A DNA stretch of 64,000 nt from Lama glama (taxonomy: Eukaryota). Both the position numbers and the translations under genes were made by a program. This document shows positions 1 to 13,500 of this stretch, piece after piece. The first letter of the stretch is position 1. The number at the start of each line of letters is the position of its first letter. The stretch spans positions 4,216,001 to 4,280,000 of the forward strand of contig JAPYYK010000086.1 of NCBI GenBank assembly GCA_028534125.1. Direction: 5' to 3'. The notes below the pieces were generated by a model. The model was not told the DNA's origin. It saw only the letters and a program-made list of their open reading frames with translations, and searched no databases.

Positions 1-129
1 GCATATGGGTAATGAAAAATCAAAAACAGTTGAAAAGTTCTGAAGTCATGAAAAGTCAAAAGTAGCTAAAAAGTTTTCCTTCAGATTCTTTTAAATAGAA
101 GAAATAAATGAAGCTAAAAATTAAATTTC

Positions 130-1800
130 TCCTTTCAAGAAATGATCCTGGAACTGATACTGGCTGTCCACGTTCAGAAAAATAGACCTGAACTCAGGTT
201 TATTAAAGTTAACAAAAATTTAACACAAAATGAATCATAGATCCAAATGTAATACCTAAAACTACAAAGTTTTAGAAGAAAACAGAAGATCTTTGTGACC
301 TTGGCTTATGCAAAGACTTCTTAAGACATGAAAAGCAAGATTCATAAAAGAAAAAGCATGATAAAATAAATGTCATTAAAATTAAAATCTAATTTTCAAA
401 AATAATGTTAAAGAAAATGAAAAGCCATAGACTGAAGGAAAATATTTGCAAAATGCCTATCTGATAAAAAAACTACAATCAAGAATATATAAAGAATTCT
501 GAAACTCTATAATAAGAAAATAAATAACCCAATTAGTTTTGAATAGGCAAAAGATTTGAACAAACATTTCACCAAAAAATATATCCAGTGGCAAAGAAAT
601 ACATGAAAAGATGTTCAATATTATTAGTCATTAGGGAAATGCAGTTTAAAACTGTAATCAGCTACGCCTATACAACCATTAGAATGACTTAATTTTTTTT
701 TAATTGACAGTATTATATGCCTAGGAGGTTGCAGATTGTGGGCGGCAGAATAATGCTGCCCCTCCGGAAGAAGTACATGTCCTGATCCCCCCATACCTGT
801 GAACATATGTTGTTACATGACAAGAGGCAATTTCAATTGCAAATAGAAAAACAAAATTTGTTAATCAACTGCCTTTAAAGGAAAGAGATGATCCTGGGTT
901 AGCCGAGAATCCAGTTTAGTCACGACGATCTTTTAAATGTGCAAGATGAAGGCAGAGGTTCAGTGTCAGAGTGAAACTGTGTAAGAAGGACTCCAGCAGT
1001 CATTGCCAGCTTTGAAGATGGATGGGGCCACAGGCCACAGGGTGTGGGCAGCCAAGAGGAGCTGGGAAAGGCAAGGAAAGTTTCTCACCCTGGAACCTCC
1101 AGAAGGAAGCAGCCTGCTGCCACCTGGCTTTTAGCCCAAGGAGATGTTTTGAATATCTGACTTCCAGAGCTACAAAATAATAAATGTATGTTGTATAAAG
1201 CCACCAAGTTGGTGGTAATTTGCTATAACAGCCATGGAAAACTAATGAATAAACTAATTAAAACTCTCCTAAATTTCTGATGAATGTGAAATGAGTACAA
1301 ATACTGTTTTGGTTAGAAAGTAAAACATAGCAGATCAAATAAAGTTAAAGATACGTCTGTGTCCTAGGAATCTCATTCCTAGATATTTAAACATTTGTCC
1401 ATTCAAATGTTGATTGTGACTTTTTGCAAAATTCAGCAGTGGTTAGTAGATAAAGAAATAGTGGTTTGTTTACCCAGTGGGATGCTCAATAATAAACAGG
1501 GGTGAACTCACTAATTAAAAGGGACACAAACAATAACAAAGATGACTCTCAAATGTAACCAAGTGGAAGAAACCAGACTCAAAAGTTTATTTATATGACT
1601 TTCTAGAAAAGATAAAATTATAAGGACACAAAACAGACTGCTGGTTGCCAGGGGCTGGATGGGTGAGGAGGTTGATGGCAAAGGGGGTGATGAAGCTATG
1701 TCTGATTGTGGTGGTGGTTACACGATTGTGTTTGTCAAAACTCATAGAGCTGTGTACCAAAAAGGGTGAACTTCACTGTTTGTAAATTTTACATCAATAT
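130..1800 (+). mobile_element. Old L1 (L1MC/L1MD-type) ORF2 3' region and 3' UTR, interrupted by an MLT1 LTR at 737-1248
   Basis: A-rich degenerate L1 ORF2 motifs (aaatatttgcaaaat..tatctgataa; aggcaaaagatttgaacaaacatttcacc; tagtcattagggaaatgca) and an L1M 3'UTR-like end (gattgtggtggtggttacacg...ttgtaaattttacatcaata). Confidence 0.8.
737..1248 (+). mobile_element. MLT1 (MLT1D-like) ERVL-MaLR solo LTR
   Basis: Starts tgtgggcggcagaataatg, contains gctgggaaaggcaaggaaa/acctccagaaggaa, and ends gtggtaatttgctataacagccatggaaaactaat. Confidence 0.85.
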
Positions 1801-2039
1801 ATATACAGATTCTCCATATAAGACAAGTTGCATTTGAAGTCAAGAAATCTAAGGAAACTTGTCTATTGATGGCCCCATTCTGTTGTCTCACAAGTGCTAT
1901 TTTTTAGAAAAAGGAATTTTTTTGAAAAAGGAACTTTAGAATTGGAAGGAATTTTAATCATCTCTTAGTCCTTTAATTTTTAAATCATTTTTTGTTGTCA
2001 GAATCCTCCCCCCAAATATAATAATATTCTTAAATAGAC

Positions 2040-2265
2040 CCTGTCTGCCAGACACTACAGCAAGCACCCTGCATTACTCCTTTTAACCCTAAGGCATCCC
2101 TGTAAGGTGAGTATTTTAAATAATAAAAAAATCATCAATAATATGTTGCTAATAATAATTATACAGGTGTGCAAATGGAGGTTTATATAGCTTCATACAG
2201 CTGGCCAGTGGTGGAATGGACTAACTGTCAGCTTGATTCTAGAGAACACTCTTAACCACCATGAC
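2040..2265 (-). mobile_element. MIR SINE
   Basis: Reverse-complement MIR core and head (...ctagagaacactcttaaccac). Confidence 0.6.
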
Positions 2266-3404
2266 ATTGCACGGCCTCGTTTCTCTGAAATCCTTAAAAA
2301 AAAAATAACTACAGGAGCTGCTGCTCTGGTTGCTGAATGTGTGTGTTGGGGTGTGTGTGGTAGAGCTGGGGGTCTGGATCCTGTTGGGCGGTTTCACGAC
2401 AGTAATATAATTTGGACGCTGCTGATCTGGTCCAATGATATGATTCTATAAGGAGAAATTTGTAGCCCAGAGAGGTCCAGTGACTTGCTCTAGATCACAC
2501 AGCTGGTTAGTCTCCCAACTCCTGGTCATGTGTTCCTTCCTCAGCACAGTGACAGCTCACAGTATAAAGCCCACGCTTTATGCAAATATCTGTCCTTGTA
2601 ACCCATGCAAGACAAAGTCCAATAGAAAACGTAATCTGTTAAGTTGGATTCCCCATACTTGTGCCATAGTTTTGCATTTAAAAAATAAATATCATTACAT
2701 TCAAAGCAGAAGTATTGATCCCAAAGAGATGAGTTTGGAAGGGTAAATAAAGGCCCAGCTGTTTCCAAAATCTGGGCTTTTGCCATCCCACATTCTTCTT
2801 ACTCTTTCTTCAGAATGGTGTTTACTACATGTTTTACAAATAACCTATATTAGATTTTATAAGGAATAAGTGAATGTAATTTGCATTTCCTAGGCAACAC
2901 TTGATTGCATCCCCACTCTGTTCAAAGCCCCTTTCTGTCCCCTCGAAGCCTGCACGGTCCTGGGACCCTACCTGCACGTCCTTTCCCCTGAGAACTGCAC
3001 AGCAGACCTAGGTAGGACCACAGACCTGGCTGATCTTCCTCCAAGTAAATCCTGGGAAAATACTGCAGAAATTGATAAAGTAATGCAGACCAGTTAAGGC
3101 CTCAATACCGGAAGTTGCTAAATAATGAAGTACGTGAATTGTACTGTACACGTTCTCACATTACACAAGAGAAAATGGATTTCTACATTATCTCACTACA
3201 GAGGACAAGAATGAGGATTGGTGGCTTAAAGTAGCTTTCAGTAGAAGGTGGGTGCAATGTGGTCTCAGTTCATTAATGTGCGTCTGATGCTGTTAGTTCC
3301 ACTGACCTCCCGTAGGTATTTTGGGATGCAGTCCAGGATGTCCACTCAGCTCGTCTTTTGTTAAACAGTGACTATCTAGCAGGGTTGTACTTGCTTTATT
3401 CATT

Positions 3405-3655
3405 CAATAATTTGCTGAGTACCTACTATGCGCCAGAACTGAGTTTAATGTTTTACATCCGTTACCTCCCTGAGTCCTGTATAACATTCCTGGATGGCAA
3501 TCATTGTTACTCTTTTGTTCATCTTTTCACTTTGACTCATTATTCTGATTCTAAAGATGCTGGAGAGATTAAGTGAATTGCTCAAGCTCACATGTCTATT
3601 AAGAAGTAGAATCAGAATTAAGCACCGGGCTTTCTGATTCTACACCCCAGGTGTC
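3405..3655 (-). mobile_element. MIR SINE
   Basis: gagtacctactatgcgccag...gagattaagtgaattgctcaagctcaca...tctgattcta matches the reverse MIR consensus. Confidence 0.65.
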
Positions 3656-4214
3656 TTTCTGTAGATGACATTACCTTCAGAAGCAGGCATGATGGAGATA
3701 TAGCGCAGTCAAAGTAAGCTGACCAAGGATGTCAACGTTGCCACCCAAACCTGAACATTTCTTATTCCATAGAGACTTCTAACATGGATATTTGGCTAGG
3801 CTAAGACAGTAAGGCTTCCCTGGTATCCAAATAATACAAGGATCAGAAAGTTCTGAAGCCCTCCGGTCTAACTCCCTTACTTTACAGATTTATTCTTTAT
3901 TCAACACATATTTACAGAGAACCTGTTGTAAGCTGCACAGCGCTGAGGATACCCAATCTCCGTGCCCTTACGGAGATGACAGTGTAATGGAAGCAAATGA
4001 CAAGAACGCGGGTCATTTAGAGTCCTGGCAATGCAAGGGTTGAGTGGTAGGAGGTTTATTGGAATGAACAGCCACTTAATGCAGATTTGGGGGATCTAGA
4101 AGACAATGTCTTTGTTGAGTTCTGGGAAAGATACCAAAGAAATAGAAGATAGCAGCTCAGAAGGTAGAATTCAAGGGAATAAATGGGCAAATGGGCAAGG
4201 ACATGGGATAATTA

Positions 4215-4720
4215 TTTTGGGTGCCCAATACGTTTATCCTCCATCAAACTTCTTGTGGTAACAGAACCTACCTCTTCGACACAGGACTTAAGCAACATCA
4301 GTCAACTACCCAGTTTTCCTGGACGCTGCTGTTGTCCCAAGCAGAACCAGCTGGAGTGCTTCCCTGGGACTGAGAAGCAGAAATAGAAGATGAGACACTG
4401 TCTTACAAACGTGGTTTCTAAACCAGGACGAAGTGCATCCAGGGTGGTAATAGCCATTTTCCTTGCCTTCCAGAGAGAGCCTGCCTACCACCGGAATCCC
4501 AGCGGAGACCTGGAGAAATGAGACATGGAGTCCTGGCAGCGCCGACATCCTTATCCAGCCCATGAGACTCTGGTTCCCACAGGCCCTCTTTCAGTTGTCC
4601 AAGCCACCCCTGTGTCTCTCCCAGCTGGTAAGCCGGTGCATCCTGTTCTCATTGGTTGACTCATTTGACACCAATTTGGGATGGATAACTTGTAACTGCA
4701 AAAGAGTCCTGACTAATAGA
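4215..4720 (+). mobile_element. Old MLT1 (MLT1J/K-like) LTR remnant
   Basis: agagagagcctgcct... and terminal acttgtaactgcaaaagagtcctgactaataga typical of old MLT1 LTR ends. Confidence 0.55.
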
Positions 4721-5079
4721 AACTCACTAAAGAAGAAATCCAAATGTCATTGAATGGGTGTAAAGGTCTTTACCGCCATAAAAATTTAAAAATGGAAGTG
4801 GAACAGTGATATCATTAGGTCTCTATCAAACTAAAGAGGAACGAAAGGTGTAATGATCCTCAGGGCTGGTTAGGGTGCAGGAGGTGAACTCACAAACTCT
4901 TGGTGAGAATGTAACTCGGAAGCCATCAGTGAGTGACATGTGTGTTCCTTTTAATCTAGCAATGCCTCCTCCAGCACTTGATTCTGAGGAAATAATTGTA
5001 TAAGCTTACAAAGGTGTATGGACAAGAATGTTTATTGCAGAACTGTCCCTAATAACAAAAAATTACGTCCTTATTTGGG

Positions 5080-6290
5080 GGATTTTTTTGAGGTCACATT
5101 CACTTCTAACATTGTATGTTTCATGTGTACAACATTCTGTTTCTATTTCTGCATACCCGAGAACATGCTCACCACCAAAAATTTATTATTGACCTCCCAG
5201 TCCCTTCCCCTCTGATAACCACTACTCTGTTCTCTGTATCTACGTGTTCCTTTTGATTTGGTTTGGTTTGTTGATTTATTTGGGGTCTTTTTGTTTGTTT
5301 ATTATTTTTTTATAGTCCACATATGAGTGAAATAATACAGCATTCATCTTTCTCCATCTGACTTACTTCACTTAGCATAAGGTCCACCCGTGTTGTTACA
5401 AATGGCAAGGTTTCATCTTTTGTTGGCTGAGTAGTACTCCGTTGTGTGTATATGTATACAGGCCTACACATACACACACCACATCGTCTTTATCCAGTCA
5501 TACATTGGTGGGCACTTAGGTTGTTTCCATGTCTTGGCTACTGTAGATATCTTTTCAGATTGGTGTTTTCATATTATTTGAATAAATACCCAGAAGTAGA
5601 ATAGCTGGGTAATATGGCAGTTTTCTTCTTATTTTTTGAGGAATCTCCATTATTGTCTTTCATAGTCACTGCACCAATTTACATTCCCACTAACAGAGGA
5701 TGAGAGATCCCTTTTCTCCACATCGTCATCAACACTTGTTATTTCTTGTCTTTTTATAACGGCCACTATGATACATGTGAGGTGATATCTCATTGTGGTT
5801 TTGACTTGCATTTCCCCAATCATTAATGATGCTGAACATCTTTTTATGTGCCTGTTGGCCATCTTCTTCAGGCAGCTTTTAAAAATGTCTGTTTAGCTCG
5901 TCTGCCTATTTTTTAATTGGGTGGTTTATTTTTTTGTTACTGAGTTGTATGAGTTCTTTATATATTTTGTATATAAACCTCGTATCGGATGTATCTTCCA
6001 CCGTTCAGTAGGTTGTCTTTTCATTTTATTTGCGGTTTCCTTGCTATGCAGAAGCCTTTTTGATGTAATCCCATTTTTTTTATGTTTTGCTTTTGTTTCC
6101 CTTGCCTGAAGAGACACATCTAGAAAGATACTTTGCTAAGACCAATGTCAAAGAACATACTAGCTTTTTTTTTCTGGGAGCTTTGTGGTTTCAGGTCTTA
6201 CATTCAAGTTTTTAAACTCTTTTGAGTTAATATTTGTGTATGGTGTGGGATAGTGGTCTAGTTTTATTTTTTTGCATGTGGCTGTCCAGT
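5080..6290 (-). mobile_element. L1 (L1MA9-like laurasiatherian) 3' end with degraded ORF2 C-terminus, nested in an older + strand L1ME fragment (~4840-5065 and ~6300-6560)
   Basis: Minus-strand ORFs 5650-5862, 5926-6117 and 6160-6348 translate to L1 ORF2-like peptides (MANRHIKRCSASL..MQVKTTMRYHLT; KMKRQPTERWK; [11 protein letters not shown]), with an L1 3'UTR on the left. Confidence 0.9.
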
Positions 6291-9200
6291 TTAGGAGGTT
6301 GATGATTTTTTTAATGATAATATGGTGATAGAGTGTAATAATATTCAATGATTATAATGATTACAGCAGATCCTTATGTAGTGACATGGAAAAATGTCTA
6401 CAGTGTCATGTGATCAAAGCAGGCTGTAGAATAGGACATACAGTGTGACTGTTTTTCATTTAAGAGGTATATATTTATTTGCATAGAAGAATCTGGAAGG
6501 TCTGGTTATCTCATGGGGACTCAGGATAATGAAGGCAATTTTACTTCTGAATTGTTTAAATATTTCATAAAAATTTCTGTTCTTCAAAATTCAAAAAGAC
6601 ATTGTCATATTCTTGTCAGGGGGTGGATGGAGGAAAGGTATCAGACCGTCAGCCTTGGTAATGATCACGTTATAGAAGAAGTGAGCTACTTGGGTTTTCG
6701 TTAAACCTTCTGTGAATGAAGAGTGGCTACAGATTGACAGACAAGATTTGGAAGGAACATGTAAAGTTTTCATATGGTCCAAAAAATAGGAGCTAATCTG
6801 GAGCTGGGTTAAATCTCCACCCCTTTTCCCCCTTTTGTGCCAAGCGCACCACCATTAGAAGTAGACCCGTACGCCCAGCGCCTACTCCACTAATAGCATT
6901 TTTGATTTACTGAATTCAGTGACACTGACTCCACCCTTGGGGTTTTCAGATCGCTGACAGTCTTCCCTGGGAGGGCAAAGAAGTTCTAGGCTTCCCCACT
7001 TTTTAAGTGGAACCATTTGAAAATGCCACCCCTGAACCACTTCGACCTATAGAAAAGTCGACCTGCAATTCATCAAACACACCCCTTCTCTAAAATAAAA
7101 ATTTATATTTTATATGATCTGTATGAAATGGTGTCTTCAGCAGCCCACAACCACTGATGAAGATATAGTGTATATTCAGTCTGAGTCAGGGTATTTGGTC
7201 TCCCAAGTTTGGATGTGCAGTCTGGACTATTACGTTGGCTAATGTTATTTCAAAATGGTCGGTAGAAACTCCTTTGCAAGCTCCGCTCCAGCCCCAGCCG
7301 TGCGCTAGGCTCCCCTGTACCACACACATTTCTATCCCAGCGCTCTCTTCTCACACTTCCCAGAGAGGCTTTTAGCATATCATGGTTGTTTTTACTTCAA
7401 AGATGGATTCAACACAGAGGCCAAGCATAAGAATCAAACCGTGGAGGTTGTCAGAAGCTAAAGCATGCTCTGTCAAAGGCGTGTGAGCAAAGCCAAATCA
7501 AATAATGGCTTGTGCTTTTTAGGCGGCCTGCGTTATAAATTGCAAGGCAGCAACGATAATTAAGAATAATGTTCGCATAGGTAGAATCAACATCGATCAT
7601 ATAAAAAGGATAACAAGGTTTTATCAACTGGACCGATTCTGAGGCAAGTTTTAGGTTGGGTATGTTTAGAAGGAACCAAAGCAGATGATTAGATGCAATA
7701 TTGAGCTTAATGTGCAAGAAAAGCAATTGGGATGAAGCCAATCAGTTTCCTGACTCTAATGCAGAGAATATGGAGGGTTTTATTAAAATATAAAATTGAA
7801 TTTAGGTTTCTGGGCATTGCTGATGCCCTAGAAAGAAACTGGCATTATCTTATCATTATTTCTTAATTTCTAGCTTCAGATGCTTTATTAAACAAACAAA
7901 ATATAGACTGAAAGAAAAAGTCAGCACTGGTTTCAGAATAATTTTTGCTTTTTCCCATAATTATTTCAACCTGTACTCATTTATTTCCTGCATTGGTGTC
8001 ACAGAGAGCACACTGCAAGTACAGAACCTTGTGTTAAGTTGTAGATGAGACACCAGGTGTGGGGCGGGGCGGGGGTGGATTTTCTACTATTGACCTTTTT
8101 ATATAAATGAACCAAGTTATTAACATTTTAAAAGATCGTTCCATGACCGATGATATTAGAAGCAACAGAATTTGTCTAAAGACTGTAGTGCTGGTGGGGG
8201 GTGGGGTCTGTTTCTCCAGAGTTGGTTTCTAAGGCAAGTAAGATGCACCGAGAGAGAAGGATGAGCAGGGAGGACAGATGCGGGAGTTACCTGGGAGGAG
8301 TGGTTATTCCCAGACACCGGGGTGAAGAGAACTCAGCTACTTCGTCCCTGGAGGTGCTGCTGAGTCCTGGTGTGACAAGGCAGTGCCCCCCTTTCTGACC
8401 ACCCCCCTTCCTGCTGCTTTTGAAGAGGAGAGCCTGCACAGAGTGCAGATGAAACCAGTGTAGGGCGGAACCCTGGAGAAGAGTGTTACCTGGCTTTTAC
8501 CACTTAATGGGAGAGGGGGAAAAAAAAAACACTAAAAAAGAACGTGATATATGATTGGATTATGAATGTGGAGTTATGCAGAGAAACTGGGGAAGAAGAA
8601 GGGATAGGCCCTACCCTGGAATAAGCCAGCTGCTGAGGCTCCGGGAGTGTGAGTGTATTTTTCAGAGTCATCTACCAGGACCTCCTCCATGGCTCCGAGT
8701 TATCAGCAGCCCCACATATTCTATTCCCACCACTGTGTGGGGAAAGAAACCCTCTCCCCAGCCCTGTTGCCTCTGATCGATTCCTGAAGCCTTGATTCCC
8801 AGGTGTGAATATAGTTCCCGGGTGCAATTCCCACTTGACTGGATTGTCAAGGCTCACACCTTGGCTCCCTGACTCAGAACATCTCCAGTTCCGGCTGGTT
8901 AGCAGGCTTCTCATCGTGGCCGTCTCAAGGCCACTTTGTCCTTTGCCACATGCAGCCTGTCAGGGAAGTAATTCCATCCTCCCCTGCTCTGGGGAATTGG
9001 AAGAGAGCCTCTTTCTCCCCTAGAGGGGTTGGATGAGAAGAGTTTAGGGCAGTGGGTAGAGGTGGGTGTTTTATCTTGATCATTTGCTAATATTATTAGT
9101 GCTGAGCAGAAAAGGAGTTTCCAATCCTGTCCCCCACACTCCCAGCCCCAGCTCAGGAGGCCCCCAAATGCCCCAGTGAGCTCCAAGCCCCCCAAGTCAC

Positions 9201-10609
9201 ATGTCCATAATGGCATGTGTGTTCCCATAGTGTGCGTGTAATTCATCGTGATAGGGTGACGACTGAAGTTACTCAGGGCAGTGTTCAGTGGTATAAATAT
9301 GGACGTGATGACTATTTGAGTAACGTCACTATCACACTACATCAAACTCATGAACTTACGGATTGCGTAGGATGCGGCTACGGTGAAAGTGGTGAGTTTA
9401 TTTAAAGAGTGTAAGTACAGGAGGCACACAGATTTTGAAAATGTAATGATGGGCTGCACGAATGACTGGAGGTCAAGAAAGTTAACCCTGGAGGATTTAA
9501 TGAGCACAGATGAGACACCTGCAATGGCCGACCTGGATGCTTTTACTGTCTGAATAACTACTGCTTTGGAGAAGAGAGCAAAGATGTTAAAGTGTGTATA
9601 ATCGTCCAGGCCTTTCTGAATCCCAAAACCTGGGGACGGCCAAGAAATCCAGCTCCTCGCAAGGATGAGCCGGACAGATGTAAGGGCAGACCCAGGCAGA
9701 GCTCAGGCAGCTTTATTTTGCTTCTCCTTCGCGGGCTCCCGGCAGAACAAAGAGAATCTCCAGCTTCTTAAACTGAAACTTCGTAAGACTAAAGAGTTTT
9801 CCGTGTCTGTTCCCCTTCTCCTAAAAACTTTGCGATTTTGAAAGATGGGGATTTTAATAGCTAAGTGTTTTGGATGTTCTATTATGGTGAAAGTCTAAAG
9901 AGAACCCTCTTTTATTTCAATAGGGCTTCAATCTTCTAAGCTCTTATCACTCCTGTGACCTGGTTCAACCTCACAGTACCCTCACCGGATGGGTAGGACA
10001 GCAAGGTGGCTCATTTTTTAGATGCAGAAACTCAGAGTGGGAGGAGTTCAGGGCCCAGTTATGTGTGAGCAGTAATCACAGGACCCTCTGTTTTAGGAAG
10101 GCAAGAACTGCTGTGGTCCCTTAGAGCAGCTCCACAGTCTGAATGATGTTCTCAAGCTGGAGTTGAGAAACCTAACAGTTCCGTGAATATAAAGTCAGGT
10201 TATGGAAAATGACCTAATGCATTCTATGCAGAAATTTAAGTGCTCGACATAACTTCAGTCCATTATAACCTATGATGATACAACGAGGGGCACTTACGTT
10301 GATTTTCATTGCACCTATTTGACGTAGCGAGGTCTGAGGACAGAAACAGCTACTCGGATAAAACTGCTCCAACCTGACCTGATTGGTTGGTCCACCTTTA
10401 AGCCACAGCTACAGATGAATATAAAATATGCCCTTTTTGCCTGGGAAAGTGTGAACACATATTCTAAATGGAGTACTTTCAAGTGGTGTTTTTACTACCA
10501 CAGTGTTCATGGGAACAGTTTTCTAAATCAAGTTCTACCAGAGCTTCTGGAGTGTCTATATGACACACACGGAGATACCTACCCACACGCGCTGTCTGCA
10601 GCTTAAAGC

Positions 10610-10835
10610 ATAAACTGTGGTGGCAGACCACTTGTATATGTCAGTGGTAAGCTGTGAAACCCTTGATACCTCGCTTAATCTCGCTAAGAATTGTCTGCAT
10701 TTTCCAGAGATAGGAAATTAATCATCTGATCTGTCTGATGGACTTGTTTTGAAGATCAAATGACATAATGATGGGAAAATGGTCGGCATAATCGCTCGCC
10801 CATGTTAGCGCTCAGTACCTATTATCTATCATTGT
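10610..10835 (+). mobile_element. MIR SINE
   Basis: agctgtgaaacccttg...ttgttttgaagatcaaatgacataatg...ttagcgctcagta. Confidence 0.55.
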
Positions 10836-10932
10836 TCTCATGTGTAGGACAGGTTCATTTATCCAAAGTGGCTTGGACGGCAATACAAAGGAGAATATAA
10901 AAGAGAACCAGAGGGAAAAAATCTAAAGGTCT

Positions 10933-11378
10933 CTGTCTCACTTTCCTACCGCTGCGATAACAAATTACCACAACCACGTGAACTTACTATCCTCCGATCC
11001 TGGAGATCCCAAGCCTGAAGTCAGTTTCACTAAAATCAAGGTACCAGCAGTCCTGTGTTCCTCCTGGAGGCTCTAGGGGAGAATCTGATTCTTCGTCCTT
11101 TCCAGCTTCTAGATGGGTCCCTCCTTCCATCTTCCAAGCCAGCAATGGCTGACCAAGTCTCACACTGGCGCTCCTCTTCTATACTCAAGGGTCCCTCCGC
11201 CTCCCTCTGAGAAGGATGCCTGTGATCACACTGGGCCCAGCAGATAATCTGGGATAATCTCACGATTCTTAATCACATGTGCAAAGTCCCTTTCGTCATG
11301 TAAAACAGCATATTCACAGGTTCGAGGGATGAGGATGGGACATCTTTGGCAGGAGTGGGTATTATTCAGCTGCCCAAG
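10933..11378 (-). mobile_element. MLT1 (MLT1C/D-like) solo LTR
   Basis: ttcctaccgctgcgataacaaattaccaca...ggaggctctaggggagaatc...gcaaagtccctt...tattcacaggttc...ggacatctttgg. Confidence 0.85.
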
Positions 11379-12831
11379 GCTATGCCACACATATGCCATA
11401 ATAACCATGTGTTAAAAGTTCACGGACTTGTTCAGTGGAGAGTCCCAACTCACAGCCTTCTTGCTCTTACTTTTGGTGCTAGTCCAGTAAACGTGGTTCT
11501 CTAGTTCTTAGTAGCCCACTGCCAGTTAGAAACAGGCAATCATCGTGTTCCTGGAAAAAGCCTGGAAGTTGGGGACCTCACTTTTTCCCACAATCCACTG
11601 GCCAGAATGTGGCTGCATGACCGCCCTCCTCCTCGGATTCAAAGGAGCTGGGAAATGTGGGCTGGTGCCCAAGAGGAGAAGGAGACAGGGTTGCATCAGC
11701 ATCTTCATTCTCCAGCTGTCGTAATAAGCCTGTTTAGAAATGAGGCCAGAGGAGGGTCCAAGAGGGTAAAAAACATTGAAGGATTAGAGATGCAGCTAAG
11801 ACAAGCTCCCACTTGATAGTTTGCCAAAGACGCACAGGGGAGAGCGAGGAAGGCCTGAGTGTCCGACATCAGTGATTTATCTGCCTTGGCTTAGACAGCG
11901 AGCCTTGGAGGCTGAGCCAGCCTTTCTCCTGGCAGAACTCAGAACTACTGCAAACTTCCCAGGCAGGATGAGACCAGCAAACTGACCCATGTTGAATTTA
12001 AATAGAACCGTTTCCTCTGAGAAAGTTCTCTCTGATGCATGGAGGTTAATGCAACGTCTAGGATACCAAATCTATGCCTTCAAGAAGTAAAAAGGAATGC
12101 TTTTTTAAGTGAAGGAAAATATCTTTCCATTTTGCTTTCTATTGCTGATCACTAGATATCGAAAGCAGAAAGAAATTAGAGAACCAGAAATTGGCCTCAA
12201 AGCCCAGAATGAGTCCCAAGAATTCTTAGGGAGACCAACTCCGTCGAGATAAGTTTTCTAGAACCTCTCTCTTCTCATCACACAACTTCCATATTACTTT
12301 TAGAGGCAAGCCTTTTCCTTCCATACTTTTGTGTTTAGTTTTAGGTAAGATTTGGATTATCGGATTGCCTTTTCTCTGGGTTTGAGGAAAAGGAAAATTA
12401 AACTTAAATGCAAAGTTGCCTCCAAGTTACCAAGTGTTTTGGTAAAGTACACAATTGGTGAGGAAAGAAATAAACCAGAAATAAACAGGCTCATGTGTGG
12501 AATTTAAAGCCTTAGGTAATCTTTTCAGCATGTCTGAATAATTTGAATCAGAATTTTAGAACCCGTCGTTTTCTGTAGTTTAAAATAACCATTAAAATAC
12601 ATACCAGCCCACAGCCCAGTGCTCGCAGAAACTAAGGGACCAGATGGAAATCAGTATGTTTGATGAACTTTGTGTACTTAGGAGACGTCTTGTATCTTTT
12701 GCTTCTCTATTGTAAATTTTTTTGATTTGGCTTTCATGGGATTTTGAGACTAGAAAAGTCTAGACTCCTCTCAGCTGAAGAATAAACCAGAACCAAACGA
12801 AACACAGTCGTACAAATAAAAACCTCCTCCA

Positions 12832-13014
12832 TTTTATAATAACTATAAATGGAGTTTACTTTTAAACATTGTGAATTACTCTATTGTACACCTGTAACTT
12901 ACATAGCATTGTACATTAACTCTACTTCAACATAAATCAATAATAAAAATAATAATTACAGTGGTCACAAACAAAAAAAAAACAAAAAAAAACAAAAAAA
13001 ACAAAAACAAAAAA
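12832..13014 (+). mobile_element. Short retroposed insertion: L1 3' tip, extra 3' sequence and poly(A), with a perfect 14-bp TSD
   Basis: AAAAACCTCCTCCA at 12818-12831 and 13015-13028; interior matches an artiodactyl L1 terminus (ataactataaatggagt...ttgtacacctgtaactt...attgtacattaactctacttcaa); AATAAA at 12942; A-rich tail from ~12969. Confidence 0.85.
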
Positions 13015-13309
13015 AAAAACCTCCTCCAGCCGGGACACCGCAGCTTCAAGTCTGAACTGACCAGAGGGCACGCATTTGCATTAGAATGACCCCCTGTTGC
13101 CAAAGTAAGTTGACTAGGTGAGATTCATATCTGTGTATCTCCATGGAAGCCACTCCCAGGAATCAGAGGTGCTTTTCTGCAAAATTGGGGAGTGTAAGTA
13201 CAAATGAAATGCTAGATGAGAAATTAGTTTGAAGGTCCTAACTACTACGCACATGCAGACTGCTAACATTTTCAGTAGATCCGGTCATATCCCACAGAGG
13301 CCAGTTTGC

Positions 13310-13500
13310 CACAGATCACGTATAACGTGCACACTGGAATCAGATCTAGACTCAGATCCACCTTTACTAAACATCACAGCTTGGGCAGATTTCATAACTT
13401 CACTAAGCTTTAAATTTTTCATCTTTTACTGGGAATAATAAGAACTTCATAGAATTATTGGGCAGATTAAGCAAGAAGGATCTGACACAGAGCTGCAGTT
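13310..13500 (+). mobile_element. MIR SINE
   Basis: ctggaatcagatctagactcagatcc...cttgggcagatttcataacttcactaagctttaaatttttcatct. Confidence 0.6.

Noticed and set aside
5650-6348. L1 ORF2-like ORFs as functional genes (also 20106-20864)
   Set aside because: Fragmented by stops and frameshifts; these are 5'-truncated dead L1 copies.
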